Assembly (NCBI RefSeq): GCF_032062105.1
Contig: NW_026929709.1
Location: 62,001-126,000, forward strand
Origin: Saccostrea cucullata
Lineage: Eukaryota
DNA length: 64,000 nt
Reading direction: 5' to 3'
The position numbers and the translations under genes are program-made. Numbering within the stretch: the first letter of the stretch is position 1; each line of letters starts with the position of its first letter. Of the stretch, positions 60,992 through 64,000 are shown in pieces. A model generated the notes under the pieces. The model had not been told where the DNA came from. It searched no databases and saw only the letters and a program-made list of their open reading frames with translations.

Positions 60992-62266
60992 TGTAACGAT
61001 CCCTCCCCCATTTTTCTTGAATCTCATTTTTTTTATCTTGGCATTTTTCTAAAGCATGCATACTTTCAATTCATTCATCAATTCTTGTATGGAATGTTGA
61101 AATGTCCAGCGAGAGTTATGTCTTAAATGTTGGTTGACAACTGCTTAAATGTAGCGAAGATCTATGCCATTTTTCTTGTGTTTCGATGTGTTGAATGTCA
61201 GACTTCGTCTTGTTATTTAATTACACGCTTTTTGTTGGCTTAATTGTTCATACGTAATTGTAGAGTTGCGCTGTAATTCAGGATTATCTTAAAGTTACCT
61301 TATTTCTTGTGTGATCGATGTTTTATGGTCTTCGAGTACACACGTTTCACTGAAACTTCTGCCGCCGCCATACTTTGTTTACTTGTGTATTTTCCCGTGA
61401 TGCTTCACGGTGTTCTATTTTTACTGGAGTTATTTCGGCGGAAGATTTGATTGTAAATTCTTTTAAATTAAATGTTAAACAGTGTTAAAAGAGCTTTTAA
61501 AAGTGTAACTTTATGTTTTATGAATGTATTTAATTTATTTACGTATTTTAATAATTTTACATACGATGTACGAGAGTGAGATTTCGTTACGGGACGATAG
61601 TTATATTTGATTGGCTGATTATTATTTACGGGATGGAATTATTAGTTATGATTGGTTATGAATTATTGCGGGTTTTGTTAATTCTATAAATACCCAGATG
61701 CTGAATATCGTTTGCTCTCTCGTTTTCTTTGTGACCTAGAGAAAGGTTGCCAGTTTTATCCAGAGTAATTTAAGGTGTGTACTATTTCAGTATCTGTGTG
61801 ACTGAAGTACATAATGTGTAATGTTAGGTTAGGCTAAATTAATTATTACTAGTAATTGTACTAGTTTTATTTATAATTACTAGTTGTGAACTAGTTATTT
61901 TTATCTTCTTTAGCCCAGTTTAGGAGTTAGGAAATATTTCTGCTGCGTGCTAGTAGTTGAACTAGTAGCGGGAATATTTATTTGTAAATTAATTATAAGT
62001 CATTTATAGAGAGCCTTTACGTTTTATTTTGGTCGGGGGAATTTCTATTTAAATCATAAATTTACTGGAAATAGTGCCAGTTGCCCAGTTCTATATCAGT
62101 AGTTGTACTGATTTTGGTCTTAGATCTATGTCCCGAGGGTTGAGACTTGTGTGAATTTCAAACATTGTTATTTATTTTCGCTGTTCATGTATTACTGAAT
62201 AAAATTATAAAACTTTACATCGAAGTTTTTGTTCTCAACACAAGGCAGGCGTTCCGAAGCGTTACA
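60992..62266 (+). repeat. 3' LTR (1275 bp)
   Basis: Matches the 5' LTR except for 7 clustered substitutions. Confidence 0.97.
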
Positions 62267-63539
62267 TTTACAATCGTAAACTATAGTTATGAGTTGTTAA
62301 TCATAGTTTCACAAATCGTGAAACTATACTTATCAGATTGTTAGCCATAATTAAGAGTTGTACACCATAGTTTACAAATCGTGAAAATGTATTTATCAGA
62401 TAATCTATGTTTTGCAATCTCGAATGATTGTTTTCGGTGTTACGTATAGTTTTCGGTTATGAAACATAGATTATTGCGTTAACTACGGTTTACAGATGTA
62501 AAATGTAGATTAACGTTGTTAACTATAGTTTACAGTCCGTAAACTATAGTTTACAACCGATAAACCTAGTTTAATTATTGACTGTGAAATTATGTTTGGC
62601 TCATTTTTGTGAATTTGACGTGCCATAAATAACTAATAACATTGTCTCCTCCTGCAAAGAGGTGCCGCTAAAGTCGTCTCATCGTTCTCGACAACAATTT
62701 TAAATTCCTGATGTTTTTAATTTCTTCACCAATAAGAATCTATTCACCATTTGACAGACACTTTAGTATATATAGCGCCGAGAATGCCATGATAGTCCAA
62801 ACAAAGGTGGAAATCGTCCTAAAATGTTCAAATTGTAAACAGAAATCACTGTTGCTTGCTCCCAATGGATAAATTAATGGAAATAATGAATTTAATTACG
62901 TATTCTTGATCACATATTAATAATGTTAAGAACATTTTAGTCCAACATAAATTGTGTAATTAAGATGTTTCCACCCTCACAATTTTTAATTGTTCAAAGT
63001 ATAAAAACTGCATTTATTTTCATTTAACATACTCTAAATTTTCTAATTATTGGAAAAATGTATAGGTCACCATATTATTTAAGATGCGAAACATAAATAA
63101 ACAGAAGTGTATGTCAACATAAAAAAATCGCACATTTTTTTGTAAACAGTATTATGAAAAATATGTAAAAACTGGTTAAAATGCATATTCTGATGCTGAA
63201 TGTTCCTAAATACTTCCTACTTATAAGATACTTTTGAATTGTGAATATCAGGGAAATTATTTTACATTAGAAGTACAATAAAGCAAATGCCTTAATGAAG
63301 AAACCTTAGAAGGAGTTACTGCCCTTGTCAACATTTTCATAGATCAAATAATTGATTAAAAAAAAAAAGAAGAAAATATGCATTTTTACATTCTTTTGCT
63401 TAACAATATTACACCTATTGTAAAACATTCTTTCAAAGGATATTGTTCTATTAGGTATTAATTTAAGCTAATTACAGTTTTTGCAAAAACCTTTGACATC
63501 ATAAGAGGGTGGAATTACCTTAACTGTAAATAATACAAC

Positions 63540-63609
63540 TAACCGGTTAATCGGTCGGAACGTCTTGCGGTTAACCGATTAGCATTTCTGTAATCAATTG
63601 CCATCCCTA
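63540..63609. mobile_element. Solitary hAT-like terminus
   Basis: AACCG/CGGTT subterminal motifs ending in CATCCCTA. No partner end found. Confidence 0.35.
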
Positions 63610-64000
63610 GTAAATAATAATTTTTTCTATCTTAGTTCTAAGGGTAGATAACTATAATGGCATAAAACTACCCTACAAATAGAACTCTTTAGTGTGTAGT
63701 GATTAGTGCTTCCTTAATGCAGTGATTTTCGTGCATTTACAATATTTTACAATATTTACAATATTGTTTGTTAAAGGGTCCATAATATGTGATGAAATAA
63801 TGTCATCAATAGTTATACATGTATATTATACCATTAATTTTATATTCCTTTTTGTTCCTAACTTATTTGTGTTTTGTGAGCAGTATAAAAAAATATAAAA
63901 GTTATTTTGGACTCTTTTTATTCTTAAAACTACCAAAAGCGGGAACAATAAATATGTTTTATATAGACCTAACAGCACATATACCCTGCGATGATCAGTC

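Larger units (their letters stand above)
53851..62266 (+). mobile_element. Gypsy/Ty3 LTR retrotransposon lacking integrase
   Basis: TG...CA LTRs, 4-bp TSD TTTA (53847-53850, 62267-62270), PBS-like TGG at 55130, PPT AGAGAGGGGCAAAA at 60978-60991. Confidence 0.95.
48299..62627. mobile_element. IS3EU-like MITE (~620 bp when empty) split by two nested retrotransposons
   Basis: ~85-bp TIRs starting TATGGCACG / ending CGTGCCATA, 6-bp TSD AATAAC (48293-48298, 62628-62633), internal ~21-bp AACTATAGTTTAC repeats. TAYGG ends with a 6-bp TSD are characteristic of IS3EU. Confidence 0.8.

Noticed and set aside
62270-62570. CRISPR-like regularly spaced palindromic repeats
   Set aside because: Degenerate ~21-bp tandem units inside a eukaryotic MITE, with no unique spacers or cas genes.

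Overview
AT-rich, intron-containing eukaryotic DNA. The repeat families and gene types point to a bivalve mollusc, most likely an oyster (inference). The centrepiece is a complete 16.2-kb Polinton/Maverick (adintovirus-like) endogenous DNA virus at 19194-35386, with AGTAGT termini, TIRs and a 6-bp TTTAGT target duplication. Its core genes are pPolB, integrase, packaging ATPase, major and minor capsid proteins and an adenain protease. It also carries an unusual accessory block: a macrodomain, a tandem-PC4 protein and a TBP-like protein. Eight of its virion/integration genes have the same octamer, TATAAGAA, just upstream, which suggests a self-encoded late-transcription system. Host genes: a two-exon prostanoid-receptor-like GPCR, two intronless CCDC190-like ORFs, a four-exon EGF-like single-pass receptor, and an 11-exon gene that joins a Cys-rich ectodomain and a TM helix to a degenerate HSPA12-type Hsp70 nucleotide-binding domain. 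Other mobile DNA: a 5'-truncated RTE-X-like LINE inside a MITE, hAT, HINE and SINE relics, a 139-bp perfect hairpin, and a nested stack at 48299-62627. That stack is an IS3EU-like MITE containing a CR1/Zenon-like LINE (2A motif, 53-bp TSD) and an integrase-less Gypsy element. All family assignments come from motif recognition by eye; no database searches were run.
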